A stretch of 64,000 nucleotides of DNA. Source: Phyllobates terribilis. Lineage: Eukaryota. Below, piece after piece: positions 1 through 12,270 of this stretch. The first letter of the stretch is position 1. Every line of letters starts with the position of its first letter. The position numbers and the translations under genes are program-made. The stretch is taken from NCBI RefSeq assembly GCF_046119375.1, contig NW_027363092.1:186001-250000 (forward strand). Reading direction: 5' to 3'. The notes beneath the pieces are model-generated. The model was not told the DNA's origin and did no database searches. It saw only the letters and a list, made by a program, of their open reading frames with translations.

Positions 1-69
1 TCTGCATGAGACCCAAAGCTTCAAAGCTTATTATATATTTCTTTTATCATAAGAGATTAATATTTTACA

Positions 70-357
70 ATAGCCCATGTCCCCTCACACCAGCCACCTG
101 GACGCCCCTCTACATAACCAATGCCCCCTCACACCAGCCACCTGGACGCCCCTCTACATAGCCTATGCCCCCTCACACCAGCCACACGGTCCCCTGGATG
201 AACCTCTACATAGCCCATGCCCCTTCACACCAGCCACACAGTCCCCTGGATGAACCTCTACATAGCCCATGCCCCCTCACACCAGCCACACAGTCCCCTG
301 GATGAACCTCTACATAGCCCATGCCCTCCACACAGTCCCCTGGATGCTCATCTACAA
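70..357. repeat. Minisatellite, ~42-52 bp unit (atagcccatgccccctcacaccagccac...cctctac), about 6 copies
   Basis: Unit visibly repeated with small indels; explains the His/Pro-rich 217..627 ORF. Confidence 0.9.
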
Positions 358-763
358 CATTTATTCACATGGTCAATTCTCCCCATCTCAGTCAACTCCG
401 AATCAGCACTAGACGAGCTCAGGATCAACAGAGTCCTCGCTGAACACGAGCTCCTCAGCAGAGTTCTCGTCAGGGCACAGGTTGTTGCACACAGCTCAGT
501 ACAGGAACCTCAGCAGAGTCCTGGAGTCCTCTCCACAGCACAATTCAGGATCAACTACAGGAGCTCCTCATCACCAGTCCTCCTGTCCCGGCACAATGTG
601 CACACTGCTGCAGCTGCAAGGGAATAGTTTCCACTGGACTGAGAAGGAGCCGCCCCTTCCGGTGACATAATGATTTCATGAAATCACTCCTCCCCCTCCA
701 GAAATCAACTCCAATCTAGATACTACCGTCACTTAGCTCCTCTAAAATAGCAAGTAATATTAA

Positions 764-3700
764 CCACTTCGCGCCAGAGCCTGTTTTTGCCTTCGTGACC
801 GGGCCAATTTTTTCAATTCTGACCACTGCCAGTTTATGAAGTAATTACCCTGGAACGCTTCAACGTATTCCCCTGATTCTGAGATTGTTTTTTCGTGACA
901 TATTGTACTTCATGATAGTGGTAACATTTCTTCGATATCACTTGCGTTTATTTGTGAAAAAATCGGAAATTTGGCGAAAATTTTTAAAATTTTGCAATTT
1001 TCAAACTTTGAATTTTCATGCCCTTAAATCAGAGAGATATGTCACACAAAATAGTTAATAAATAACATTTCCCACATGTCTACTTTACATCAGCACAATT
1101 TTGGAACCCAAATTTTTTTTTGTTAGGGAGCTATAAGGGTTAAAAGTTGACCAGCGATTTCTCATTTTTCCAACAAAATTTACAAAAACATTTTTTTAGG
1201 GACCACATCATATTTGAAGTCACTTTGAGGGGTCTTTATGACAGAAAATACCCAAAAGTGACACCATTCTAAAAACTGCACCCCTCAAGGTGCTCAAAAC
1301 CACATTCAAGAACTTTATTAACCCTTCAGGTGCTTCACAGGAATTTTTGGAATGTGGAAGAAAAAAATTAACATTTAACTTTTTTCACAAAAATGTTACT
1401 TTAGACCCAATTTTTTTATTTTCACAGGGGTAACATGAAAAAATGGACCCCAAATTTTTTTGTGCAATTTCTCTTGAGCGTGCTGATACCCCATATGTGA
1501 GGGAAAACCACTGTTTGGGCGCACGGCAGGGTTCGGAAGGGAAGGAGCGCCATTAGACTTTTTGAATGTAAAATTTGTCTGAATAATTAGCGGACGCCAT
1601 GTTGCGTTTGGAGAGCTCCTGATGTGCCTAAACAGTGGAAACCCCCCACAAGTGACACCATTTTGGAAACTAGACCCCTTAGGGAACTTATCTAGATGTG
1701 TGGTGAGCACCTTGAACCCCAAGGTGCTTCACAGAAGTTTATAATATTGAGCTGTAAAAATAAAATTTTCACATTTTTCCCACAAAACCGTTTTTCATCC
1801 CTTAATTTTGCATTATCATAAGGGTAATAGGATAAATTGCACCATGAAATTTGTTATGCAATTTCTCCTGAACACGCTGATACCCCATATGTGGAGGCAA
1901 ATTACTGTTTGGGCACATGGCAGGGTTTGAAAGGGAAGGAGCGCCATTTGACTTTTTGAATGTAAAATTTGTTTGAATAATTAGCGGACGCCATGTCACA
2001 TTTGGGGAGCCCCTAATGTGCCTAAACAGTGGAAACCCCCCACAAGTGCCACCATTTTGGAAACTAGACCCCTTAGGGAACTTATCTAGATGTGTGGTGA
2101 GCACCTTGCACCCCCAGCTGCTTCACAGAAGTTTATAATATTGAGCCGTAAAAATAAAATTTTCACATTTTTCCCTCAAAAAATGTTTTTCATTCCCTAA
2201 TTTTGTATTATCATAAGGGTAACAGGATAAATTGCACCACGAAATTTGTTGTGCAATTTCTCCTGAACACGCCGATACCCCATATGTGGAGGCAAATTAC
2301 TGTTTGGGCACATGGCAAGGTTTGAAAGGGAAGGAGCGCCATTTGACTTTTTGAATGTAAAATTTGTTTGAATAATTAGCGGACGCCATGTCACATTTGG
2401 GGAGCCCCTAATGTGCCTAAACAGCGGAAACCCCCCACAAGTGCCACCATTTTGGAAACTAGACCCCTTAGGGAACTTATCTAGATGTGTGGTGAGCACC
2501 TTGCACCCCCAGCTGCTTCACAGAAGTTTATAATATTGAGCCGTAAAAATAAAATTTTCACATTTTTCCCATAAAAAATGTTTTTCATTCCCTAATTTTG
2601 CATTATCATAAGGGTAACAGGATAAATTGCACCATGAAATTTGTTGCACAATTTCTCCTGAGTACGCCGATACCCCATATGTGGGGGAAAACCACTGCTT
2701 TGGTGTACGGCAGGGTTCGGAAGAGAAAGAAGCGCTATGTTGGCTGGGATAGGCAGCAGACACCATGTCACATTTGAAGAGCCCCTGACATGCCAAAACA
2801 GCAGAAACCCCCACAAGTGACCCCATTTTGTAAACTACACCTCTCAAGGAATTCATCTAGGGAAGTAGTGAGCATTTTTTAATTTTTAAGTTTATACCAT
2901 TGGGCAGTGAAAAAAGCATAATTATATTTTTACCACAAAAAAATGTTTTACCCTCAGATTTTACATTTTCACACAGGGCAATGGGTAAAAATGGTGCCGA
3001 AATGTGTCACACAATTTCTTCTAAAAGTGTCAATACCCCATATGTGGCTGTATCGTACCACTTAGCCATACGGTGAGATTTGAGGGGGAAGGAGCGCTAT
3101 TTGACAATTGGAGAACAAATTATTGTAGAATAGGCATTTGGATTTGGGAACACAAAATTTTCTGAATTTCTTTTGGGGGGCAAGGACCATTTTGCTTTTC
3201 CAGAGCCTTTCTGCTACCAGTAACTTGGAAGTCCCTTATATTTTTAACAGATGACGGGCCTGAGTGGGGACTAGCTTTTTTTGAGGACTGAGTTGAAGCT
3301 TTTATTGGGAACATTTTACGTAACATTTATCTGGCGCTCTAGACTGAGCACTTACATCGGGGTTTCCATCTAATTTTCCAAGTGATGTAATCAGATGAAA
3401 CCCCTGCGGGATCCATTCACTGTAATGAGGCAGCAGAGTTACTCTGGACTCCGTCTGGCCTCTGTTTAGTGGTGTCCTTTTTTTCAGAAGTGCACAAAAC
3501 TGTGGCCAACCGCACTTTTATGCACGCCTAAAACAAATGACACCGTGGGATCCCAGGCTAGACGGCATCCACAGTGGCCTATATCTGCCTCATTACAGGG
3601 AATCTTCCATCATGGGTTCTGGCTGAATCACGTATTTCAGAGATTTACATGGAAACTCTGGTGTAAGTGCTCAGCGCAGAGCACAGGATAAATGTGAGCA

Positions 3701-5213
3701 GAGCCTTACTGGGATCTTTGGGAGACATAATAAACAAATCAGTAGCAGGTGAATAATATTTGTTTTATTTATTTTTTATGCCGTTCCTCGTGTGATATAA
3801 CTGATTAGATTACTTTATTCTTCGGGTCGGTGCGATTACAGAGATACCAGATTTATATCGGGTTTTTATGACTGACAGCTGTCACACACTAAAATACGCT
3901 TTTTTTGCAAAATCTAGTTTTTGCATCACCATATTTTGAGAGCTATAATTTTTCCATATTTCGGCCGATAGAGTCATGTGACGGCTTGTTTTTTGCGGGA
4001 CGAGTTGACATTTTTATTGGAACCATTTTTGGGCACGTGACATTTTTTGATCGCTTTCTATTCCGTTTTTTGGGAGGTAAAGTTAACAAAAACAAACACT
4101 TCAGGAATTGTTTTTTGAGTTTTTTTTTATGCCGTTCTGCGTGTGGTAAAAGTGATCAGGCAGCGTTATTCTTCGGGTCAGTACGTTTACAGCGATACTA
4201 CACTTACTGTATTTTTTTATGTTTTGGCGCTTTTACACAATAAAACAATTTTATAGAAAAAAAAATATTTTTTTTGCATTGCTTTATTCTGAGCGCTATA
4301 ACTTTTTTATTTTTCGGCTGATGGAGCTGTATGGCGGCTTTTTTTTGCGGAACAAGATGACGTTTTCAGCGGTACCATTTTTATTTCTATTCTGCTTTTT
4401 GATCGCATTTTTTTCCACTTTTTGTTTGGCGATATGATGAAAAAGCATATTTTTTTGCTCCGTTTTTTATTTATTTTTATTACGGTGTGCACAGAAGGAG
4501 TTAATTAGTGTGACAGTTTTATAGCTCGGGTTGTTTTGGACGCGGCGATACCAAATATGTGTACTTTTTTTGGTTTTGTAATAATTTACGGATTTATTGG
4601 TTTAATATTTTATTTATTTATTTTGTGATTTTTTTTTTTAATAGTTTAAAAACTTTTTTTTTACTTTTTTTTACATTTTTACTTAGTCCCTGTATGGGAC
4701 ATTAATTTTTATTTTTCTGATCACTGATCTCATGTAATGTAATAGACATATATTACATTACATGAGATCTTCCCTGACTGTTTCAGTCAGAGTCTCCTGT
4801 CTGGTATCAGCTACATACAGGCTGAAGCCAGACAGGAAGGACACCATATATGGCAGAGCTGGAGGCGGTCATGTGACCTCCAGCTGCCATAGCAACCCCA
4901 GGTCCTTAAACGAAACGGAGGTCTTTGGAGGTAAGTAAGACGACCCCCTCTCTTCCTGCTGTCTCCTATATGCCGCGATCACTATAGATCACAGCATATA
5001 GAAGACAGCAAAGGGTTAACATCACTGGGACCTGATCTAATCAGGTCCCGATAATGTACCCTGTCAGAGCTAACGCTCTGCACCGGAATCGCAGTGCTTG
5101 CAGGACCCTGGGGGTCCTGAGCACTGCGAGACCACCCACCGTTTTTAAACGTCGGCGCTGCACAGAGCCCAGGCAGCGCGGACGTTTATCTACAGTGGGC
5201 GGTCGGGAACCGG
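764..5213 (+). mobile_element. Large non-autonomous TTAA-flanked DNA transposon (piggyBac-like), probably composite
   Basis: TTAA at 760-763 and 5214-5217; imperfect termini CCACTTCGCGCC / revcomp CCGGTTCCCGACC; left end homologous to the reverse complement of the right end of the 35193-37676 element; no transposase ORF. Confidence 0.7.
1400..2890. repeat. Internal tandem repeat of ~395 bp (about 3.5 copies) inside the TTAA element
   Basis: tttgaatgtaaaatttgt recurs at 1561, 1955 and 2350; near-identical ORFs 1802..2104 and 2197..2499. Confidence 0.9.
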
Positions 5214-5388
5214 TTAAACAAAACCTAAAGCAGCTCCACCAGCGGTCCCAAAGGGACAAACAGTAGAAAGTAATGCAAGTACGCCAGTGATCTTAAGCGT
5301 TAGGCTGATGGATGGGGATATAAAACCGCTGAATAAGACAGGGGTAAATGGTCAATTGAGACCTTTTATTAAAAAGCCTTGTATAATC

Positions 5389-5430
5389 CACAACGCGTTT
5401 TGACAGCACGCAGGTCGTCTTCATCAGGTG
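5389..5430 (-). ncRNA. Degenerate minimal hammerhead ribozyme motif (Penelope-like element remnant)
   Basis: Minus strand reads cac-CTGATGA-a-gac...gtc-AAAA-cgcg-tt-gtg; GAAA core mutated to AAAA. Confidence 0.5.
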
Positions 5431-5681
5431 ACAAGTCTCTGTTATTAAGCATTCATATTATATTATCTGAATTTATAGGGTCTGTGGCTCCTGATGAACC
5501 GATTATCAGGAGAAATGCGCTCGCGTAGAGCGATTCATACCTGCATCTGTATTTGAACTTAGCGGTGTAGTTGTGGGTTGGTCTATTTGCATTTCTGATC
5601 TTGTCTCTATGAATAGGAGGGTCCAAGAACACCTCCATACTATATCTCTTGATTTTCTGGCTGACTAGTGATTGATGTCGG

Positions 5682-6000
5682 TGGTCGCGTGACCAGTCAC
5701 ATTACTAAATGACATCATGGAAGGTCCTTTTACACCATTGCGTGCCGCCGAAGACACTGGAGAAGGAGACCGGGGGCCATCAGAAGGTAAGTATAATGTA
5801 TATATTTATTTTCTTTTTTTTACAGGTCCTATGGTACCCAGGTCTGGAGGAGAGTCTCCTGTCCTCTACACCCGGATACCATCTGCACATTGAACCGTGT
5901 GATATCCGCATGTGCACACGTAGTCATGTTGATGTTATGCGGTCCAATGCAAGTCAATGGCGACGACTATGCAAAATTAACAGTTGTGCTGTGGATTTTT
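5682..6000 (-). mobile_element. Partial Harbinger-like hairpin MITE (same family as 46929-47719)
   Basis: Shares ggagaccgggggccatcagaagg and the ggtacccaggtctggaggagagtctcct hairpin with the intact copy. Confidence 0.75.
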
Positions 6001-6855
6001 CCACAGCACATTGGGAAACATGGCTGACAACTTAAGCCTTTTTAATGTGCTTTCGTGGCGTGTTCTTGAACACTCCTGTGTATGTATGTGGGTGAGGTGT
6101 ACGTGAATACAGGATGAGTTATGTGTGTGTAGTTTTTTTTTTTGCAGGTTCTGCCTCCAGCGTATTCTGTGGTGAGGTGAAGGTGGGTGAGTGGGCTTTC
6201 CACGAGCAGTTTAGTCTCCACATCCGTGCACACTGGAGCTGCTGGAGGGAAGACATTATGCAAGCAGCTTCCTCACCAGATACAACCTCGCTGACGATTT
6301 ATTGCAACACTTTTTTTTAACTTCCCGCTTTGGCTGCGTCGCTTAGCGCCAGCATGAGGCCCGTCCGGCAACAACTGCCTATCAAATGTGCTGTGTAATC
6401 ATGGGCCAATCACTGTTTCCGTGTCATACAGAGCATTTTTACAAACTCAACAATTGGCTTTCAGCGTCGAATGCTATTGGTGGCCATGGAATATGGGCGT
6501 GGCTACACATTGCGGGCTGTGTTCTGAAGACAAGCCGTGCACATCCGCCGGGTTTGAGCGGCGTGTCCGTTGCTGGAGGTGATCGTCGTTATTTCCTGTG
6601 CTCGAGTGCAGGTAATGTTATTGCTGGAGGTCTAAGGTCTAGTGTAGGGACAGATAAGTGGCACCGACTATATGCTCCAGGATGATGTTATGTGCGTGAA
6701 GTGTAGCTGCAGGAAAACTAGATTTTAAAGTACCTATCGCTCATGTTTAATTATGCCTTTAGCTTTACCTTGCTAGACCATGAAGCACAAAAACAAATGT
6801 TTTCTAGCGCCTGTAATTGTAAATGTGCCGTCATTTGTCTCCTTGTTCCCTGCAG

Positions 6856-7087
6856 GGTGTGGTGGTGGTGATGGTGGTGTGCGGTGGTGTGCGCAGGGTG
6901 CGGTGGTGATGGTGGTGTGCGCAGGGTGCGGTGGTGATGGTGGTGGTGGTGGTGTGCGCAGGGTGCGGTGGTGGTGTGCGCAGGGTGCGGTAGTGATGGT
7001 GGGGTGCGGTGGTGTGCGGTGGTGGTGGTGGTGTGCGCAGGGTGCGGTGGTGTGCGCAGGGTGCAGTGGTGGTGTGCGGTGGTGATG
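6856..7087. repeat. Degenerate GGT / ggtgtgcgcagggtgc simple repeat
   Basis: Direct inspection; generates the His/Pro/Thr-rich ORFs at 6751-7215. Confidence 0.9.
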
Positions 7088-7088
7088 G

Positions 7089-8166
7089 CATACCTCCCAA
7101 CGTTTGAAGAACAGGAAGAGGGACACGCCATGTGGTGCACACAGCAAATTTTAGCCATGCCCCCCTGGCCACACCCCAATCCACGCCCATTTACCATTTC
7201 TTTCTCCCCCGGCAAGAGAAGTGGTCAGTGGAGCGCTGGTAATGAAGGGAAATTCAGCAGACGTCTGAGACTGCAGGGCGTAGACCCAAATCCAGGACTG
7301 TGTGCTGTATCTGGGACAGTTGGGACTAGACATGAGCGGATGGATTCCGGGGTCTCTGGTCCAGCATCCAGGTCAGTGGTACCTGGCGGCTGGACAGCAG
7401 GCTGTGAATCTCTAACCATCCGGCAGATTTTGATCACCCGAGGCAGCCTGACGTCATCTGTTTGTCCATTCGGTACGGGCCCCATAGTATGTACACCCCG
7501 TAGTATCAGGGCACCACAGATCCCAGCAGACGCTGGTTGCTATAAATCTCCACTGGACAGAGATCATTGTTGTGTGGTAACGATAACAGGAATTTAGTTC
7601 TTACAACAATAATCTCTGTCCAGTGGAGATCTATAGCAACCAGCGTCTGCTGGGATCTGTGGTGCCCTGATACTAGGGGGTGTACATATTATAAATAATA
7701 CCACAGATCATGTCACTTTCTATTCGGGGCTGGAGGCTGCACTAGAACCTGCCCTTACAGGTCAGCCGGACATCCATGGTCTGATGGCTGCTCCTCTGAT
7801 CCTTTCTACACTACAGCTCAGGTAAAAACTATTTCTGGTGTACTAATGCTGCCTGAAGTAGAGGAGACAATCCATCCTCAGGGTGCCCTCAGCAGCAGCT
7901 CCGTTGTGTGGCTGCTCTGAGACTCAGAAATCGTGCACGTGCTGCTGCTGGAGGGAATCATTTATTTTGCTTCTGAAAGTACCTCACAGTCCAGGAGAAC
8001 GCTGGAATGATAAGCAGTGAGCTGCTCTCGGTGAACAAGGAGACAGAGGGGGCGTGTTGGCTTCACACTGCCTTCTGGGAGGAGAAGCAGCGTCCTGGCC
8101 AGGACTGCGGGACGGAGGCTCAAAATCGTGCAGGTCCCGCAATATGCGGGACGGTTGGGAGCTATA
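7089..8166. mobile_element. Non-autonomous TIR element (catacctcccaac ... gttgggagctata), possibly hAT-like
   Basis: 13-bp imperfect TIR; the GGT repeat continues on both flanks; TSD ambiguous because of the repeat. Confidence 0.5.
7488..7688. mobile_element. ~200-bp hairpin MITE with ~88-bp inverted arms and TA termini
   Basis: tatgtacaccccgtagtatcagggcaccacagatcccagcagacgctgg... pairs with ...ctgctgggatctgtggtgccctgatactagggggtgtacata. Confidence 0.8.
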
Positions 8167-8385
8167 TGGTGGTGTGCGCAGGGTATGGTCTATACTATTG
8201 CCCAGGCCCTACTCCGGCCCTCTCCCAGCTCTGGGGATCCCATCCGTGACAGAGGTGACTCTGTGTCGGTTGCACCAGCTGATATATGGAATATTGAAAG
8301 GAAGCTGTCATTACATTCGTGCTGCCTGAACCATGGTCAGCAGGAATCGCAGCCTGGCTGCTTGATTGTGGACAGATATGTCTGA

Positions 8386-9216
8386 GGATATGTTCACACG
8401 ATCAGGAAACGCTGCGGATTGGACGCAGCACACTTGCACTGCGTGCAAACCGCAGCATTCTACCTTACAAGCAAAGTGAATGGGATTTCAAGAAATCCCA
8501 TGTCCACTATGCGTACCTGCGGATCATACGTGGACATGTGACGCGTCTTTCCATACAGCTACATGTCACTTTATCTTGCTAAGTCACTAGTCTCCGCAAG
8601 AGAAATTATATCAGTGCAATGTATAGAATGCGGAGAATCCGCGTGGTTCAATGAACACATACAAATTCACCTGCGTGCAGCGCTTTGGACACAGCATAAA
8701 GTATACTGCATTCAAAGTGCTGACAGTTTGGATAATGTGCACATACCCTTAGGGCTCGCATTCACTTGCGATTAAATCAGACGAATGCAATCCGATAAAA
8801 AATAGGATTGCGTTCATACCAATTTAATCCTATGATGCTGTGTTCAGTGGCGTTTTTTTTTCCAACTCCGATCAGATTGCGATCATGCTAAAAAAAAAAA
8901 TTGCAGCCTTCTGTGATTGCATGCAGGACTCTGATTGCACGCACCCATATAAGCCTGTGGGTGCATGTTAAGCATCACACTGCACTTGGAGATCACCTGA
9001 GTGGAGTGCGATTCCTGCTGACGCCAGAAACAGAAGAGATGGAGTAATTATTTTCTCCGTCTCCTCAGCTGTGCTGTGATCCTTTCTGTGTGAGAGAATC
9101 GGAGCACAGCGCACTGACCCTCAGCGCACACTCACAGCAGAGCAGGAGCTGAGCGTCATTAGCATATCACATCCGATGCTATCGCATTGGAGGTCATACG
9201 CTAGTGGACCCCGGCC
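8386..9216. mobile_element. Two adjacent Harbinger-like MITEs (8386-8748 and 8752-9216)
   Basis: Termini ggatatgttcacac/gtgcacataccc and gggctcgcattcac/gtggaccccggcc with TWA-like flanks. Confidence 0.6.
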
Positions 9217-10366
9217 TCTCTCTGAATGCTACCGCGTTTCAGAGAAAATATATTTGGGAAGGACGTGGTTACCTCAGTGCAGCCTCGGCCTGCTTCTCCC
9301 CATCCCAATCCAGTTAATTGACACATGTGAGTCTTGTCAGTCAACTAGAAAAAGGGCACAGAGAAGCAGGTCTGGGGCCGGGCTGGGCCGCCAGACTGCC
9401 GGGCCGGTCTAGGCCTGTTGGGTATGTCCCTGTTGTGCCCGGCTGACTCTTCGTGTGGGTGTGAAACATCCCAACTTATGGAGGAATACATTTTCGGATG
9501 CTCTTGCAAAGCCACGTTCTGCTTCATAATGCCTGTGGTTTGAGTAGCTTAACGGGTTCCCTTTTAAAGGGGTTTCCTATTATATTAAAAATGGGTAAAT
9601 TCATCCAAGTTGTAAAAATAAACAATTGAATATAGTTAATTTTTAAATAATTGACCCCCTTTTACTATTGTATACGACATGAATGTTTTGTTAGGCTGCA
9701 TGCCCACTATGCGTTTTTGCTGCAGAATTTCTGCATTGAAAACGCTTAAACGCTTGGTAATAAGTCCCCCCTATGGTTCCCAATGATAATCCGCATGTGC
9801 TGTGCACATGTTCTGGAAATTTAGTGGATTATCATCGCAGAAAAATTCCCAGTATGTCCGTTATTTTTGCGGACACGCAGCGTAATTGCCGCCATTGACT
9901 TGCATTGAATTGCTTAATATCCGCATAACTACATGTGCACATGCGGATATTAAGCGATTCAATGTGAGGATGGTACCCAGGTCTGGCGAAGAGGAGACTC
10001 TCCTCAGACCCGGGTACCATAGGACCTGTAAAAAAATAGAATTAGACTTACCTGTAATTCGGTTTCTAATAACCACCACGACGGCACCAAAGGAGGATGT
10101 CACCCCACCCTAATAGGGACCGGAAACACAAAAGAGGTTAAATAGCTCCTCTCTCATCCTCCTTCCAGTGTTTTTATAAAGGACCGCACAAGTATGGATG
10201 CTTCAAATTATATTTATTCAAATTAAATGATTGGCTAACCAAGCCTGGGAGGGAATTACCAGTGCTGTCGTGGCGGTTATTAGAAACCGAATTACCGGTA
10301 AGTCTAATTCTATTTTCTTCAATAACCCCACGACAGCACCAAAGGAGGAGTACCAAAGACTCATGT

Positions 10367-12270
10367 TCAGGGTGGGACAATGGCCTGAAGCACTTTCCGC
10401 TCAAAGGCCAAGTCTTTAATGGACATTAAGTTTAGTTTGTAATGCTTGGTGAAGGTATGGACCGAAGACCATGTAGCTGCTCTGCATATCTGCTCGAGGG
10501 AAGCGCTAGCCTTTTCTGCCCAGGAGACGGACATGGCTCTTGTAGAGTGTGCTTTCAGTTTCTCTGGTGGTGAGAGATTTTGGATCTGATATGATTCCAC
10601 AATTGCTTTCTTGATCCAAGTAGCGATGGTAACCTTTGAGACCCTTTTCCCTCTGTTCTGACCAAATGGCTGAACAAAGAGGTTCTGATCTTTTCTCCAG
10701 GCGTCTGTCCTCTGGAGGTAGTGAAGAACAACCCGTCTTGCATCCAAAGTATGGTATTCTTCTTCTCTTTTATTATTTGGGTCTTGACAGAAAGAAGGCA
10801 GAATTATGTCCTGAGACCTATGAAAGTCTGAGATTACCTTTGGTAAGAAAGATGGGTCCAATTGTAGAATAATCCTAACATCCAGGATTCTCAGATAAGG
10901 GTCATTCACTGAGAAGGCTTGGATTTCTCCTACTCTTCTAGCAGTGGTAATTGCTATTAGAAGGGTATGTGCACACGATGCAGAAATGAAGCAGAAAATT
11001 TCTGCAGCATTTCTGCATCTCCCTGGCAGAAAAAACACATGCAGATTGTGCATGCGTTTTTCCTGCAGAATACATGCGGATTCACATGCGTTTCCGCATG
11101 CAGATTGACAAGCGCTTTCCAGGCGATTTTAGCATCACCTGGAAAGTGCTTGACAACTAGGTCACACTATATAAATCCATGCAAACAGCATGGATTTATA
11201 TAGTGTGACCCGAGAGAGTGTATATACTTACCTCCGATGGCCCCCGGTGTCCCGCTCACTCCGTTCTGCCGGCAACTTTGAACTGAAAGACCTGCCGACG
11301 TCAGCGTCACGTGACCCGTCACATGACTCTGACGTCAGCACAGGTCCTACAACTCACTGCAAGTGCCGGGAAGCAAGCACGAGCGCTGCGCGGGCCGACA
11401 GATGGTAAGTATATATATATATTTTTTATTTTATTCTTGTTTTACAGCTTTTTTAATGGTACCTGGGTGTGGAGGAGACTCTCCTCTCCTCCACACCCGG
11501 GTACCATCCGCACATTAGAACGCACCAATTACGCAAGTACAGATGCAGTCTTGCGGAATTGGTGCGTTCTAATGCAAGTCAATGGCGGCGAAAACGCCGC
11601 GTTTACGCAAGATTAAATGACATGCTGCGGATTTTTGAGCGCAGCGTTTACGCTGCGGAAAAATCCGCATCATGGGCACGGCACATGCGGATTTCCATTG
11701 GGGAACATTGCTTCCCTTCTACCATGCGTTTTTCATGCGTTTCCGCGGCGTTTACGCAACTGCAAAAACGCCGTGGAAACGCATGAAATACGCATCGTGT
11801 GAACTCAGCCAAAATGTTGTTTTCCAAGCTAATTTATCCAGCTCTATTGAGGCCAAAGGTTCAAATGGTGGTAGTGTCAGACTTTTAAGGACAATATTAA
11901 GATCCCAGGAGGGAACGTGGTTAATTATTCTGGGACGCAGACGAGTAGCTGCTGTCATGAACCTTTTTACCCATCGGTGTTCGGCAAGGCTCTGGTCGAA
12001 GTAGATACTCAGTGCCGCAATCTGAACTTCTCCAGCCCTTCTTGTAGAAAATCCAAGATCTGGGTCATGTCAGGATGCCGAAGATCTGGTATATTTGGTT
12101 TATACCATGCTAGGAAGGTCTTTCATATCTTGCTGTATATGGAGTTTGTGATTTGTTTCCTACTTTTTTGTAGGGTATGAATTACTCGGTCTGAGAGCCC
12201 TCTAGCCTTCAGGAATGTGAATTCAGAAGCCAGGCTGCTAGATGGAGGTTCTCTGGATCTGGATGGAGTA
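10367..12270 (-). pseudogene. DIRS-A tyrosine recombinase, interrupted by MITE
   Basis: TTARR...FLPKV...AHSTRAMS...ATW...HY motifs; removing the MITE restores WKTTF-LIAITTARR. Confidence 0.9.
10963..11810 (-). mobile_element. Harbinger-like MITE inserted in DIRS-A YR
   Basis: gggtatgtgcacacg ... cgtgtgaactcagcc termini, imperfect 3-bp TSD (gaa/aaa), same internal hairpins as 46929-47719 in reverse orientation. Confidence 0.85.

Larger units (their letters stand above)
6046..9560 (+). pseudogene. Decayed multi-exon coding remnant of unknown identity, interrupted by insertions
   Basis: Acceptor ttttgcag|6148, frame continues without frameshift to donor cag|gtaatg at 6611; next acceptor ccctgcag|6856; protein-like text resumes at 8167-8383 and 9219-9560; some in-frame stops are TGA, consistent with CGA decay. 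Confidence 0.5.

Noticed and set aside
217-627. 136-aa ORF as a real gene
   Set aside because: The first half is a minisatellite translation; no recognisable motif.
385-630. Minus-strand exon after ttcccttgcag
   Set aside because: All three frames contain early stops and I recognise no homology; too weak to call.
1400-2890. CRISPR array or protein-coding tandem gene family
   Set aside because: Units are ~395 bp with no unique spacers; the ORFs are short by-products without coding features.
6751-7215. His/Pro/Thr-rich proteins on the minus strand
   Set aside because: Open in several frames because of the GGT-rich simple repeat.
10367-11053. Phage integrase / prophage or integrative element
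   Set aside because: The YR sits with gag, RT/RH, ITRs and ICR in DIRS1 order; no phage genes; eukaryotic context.
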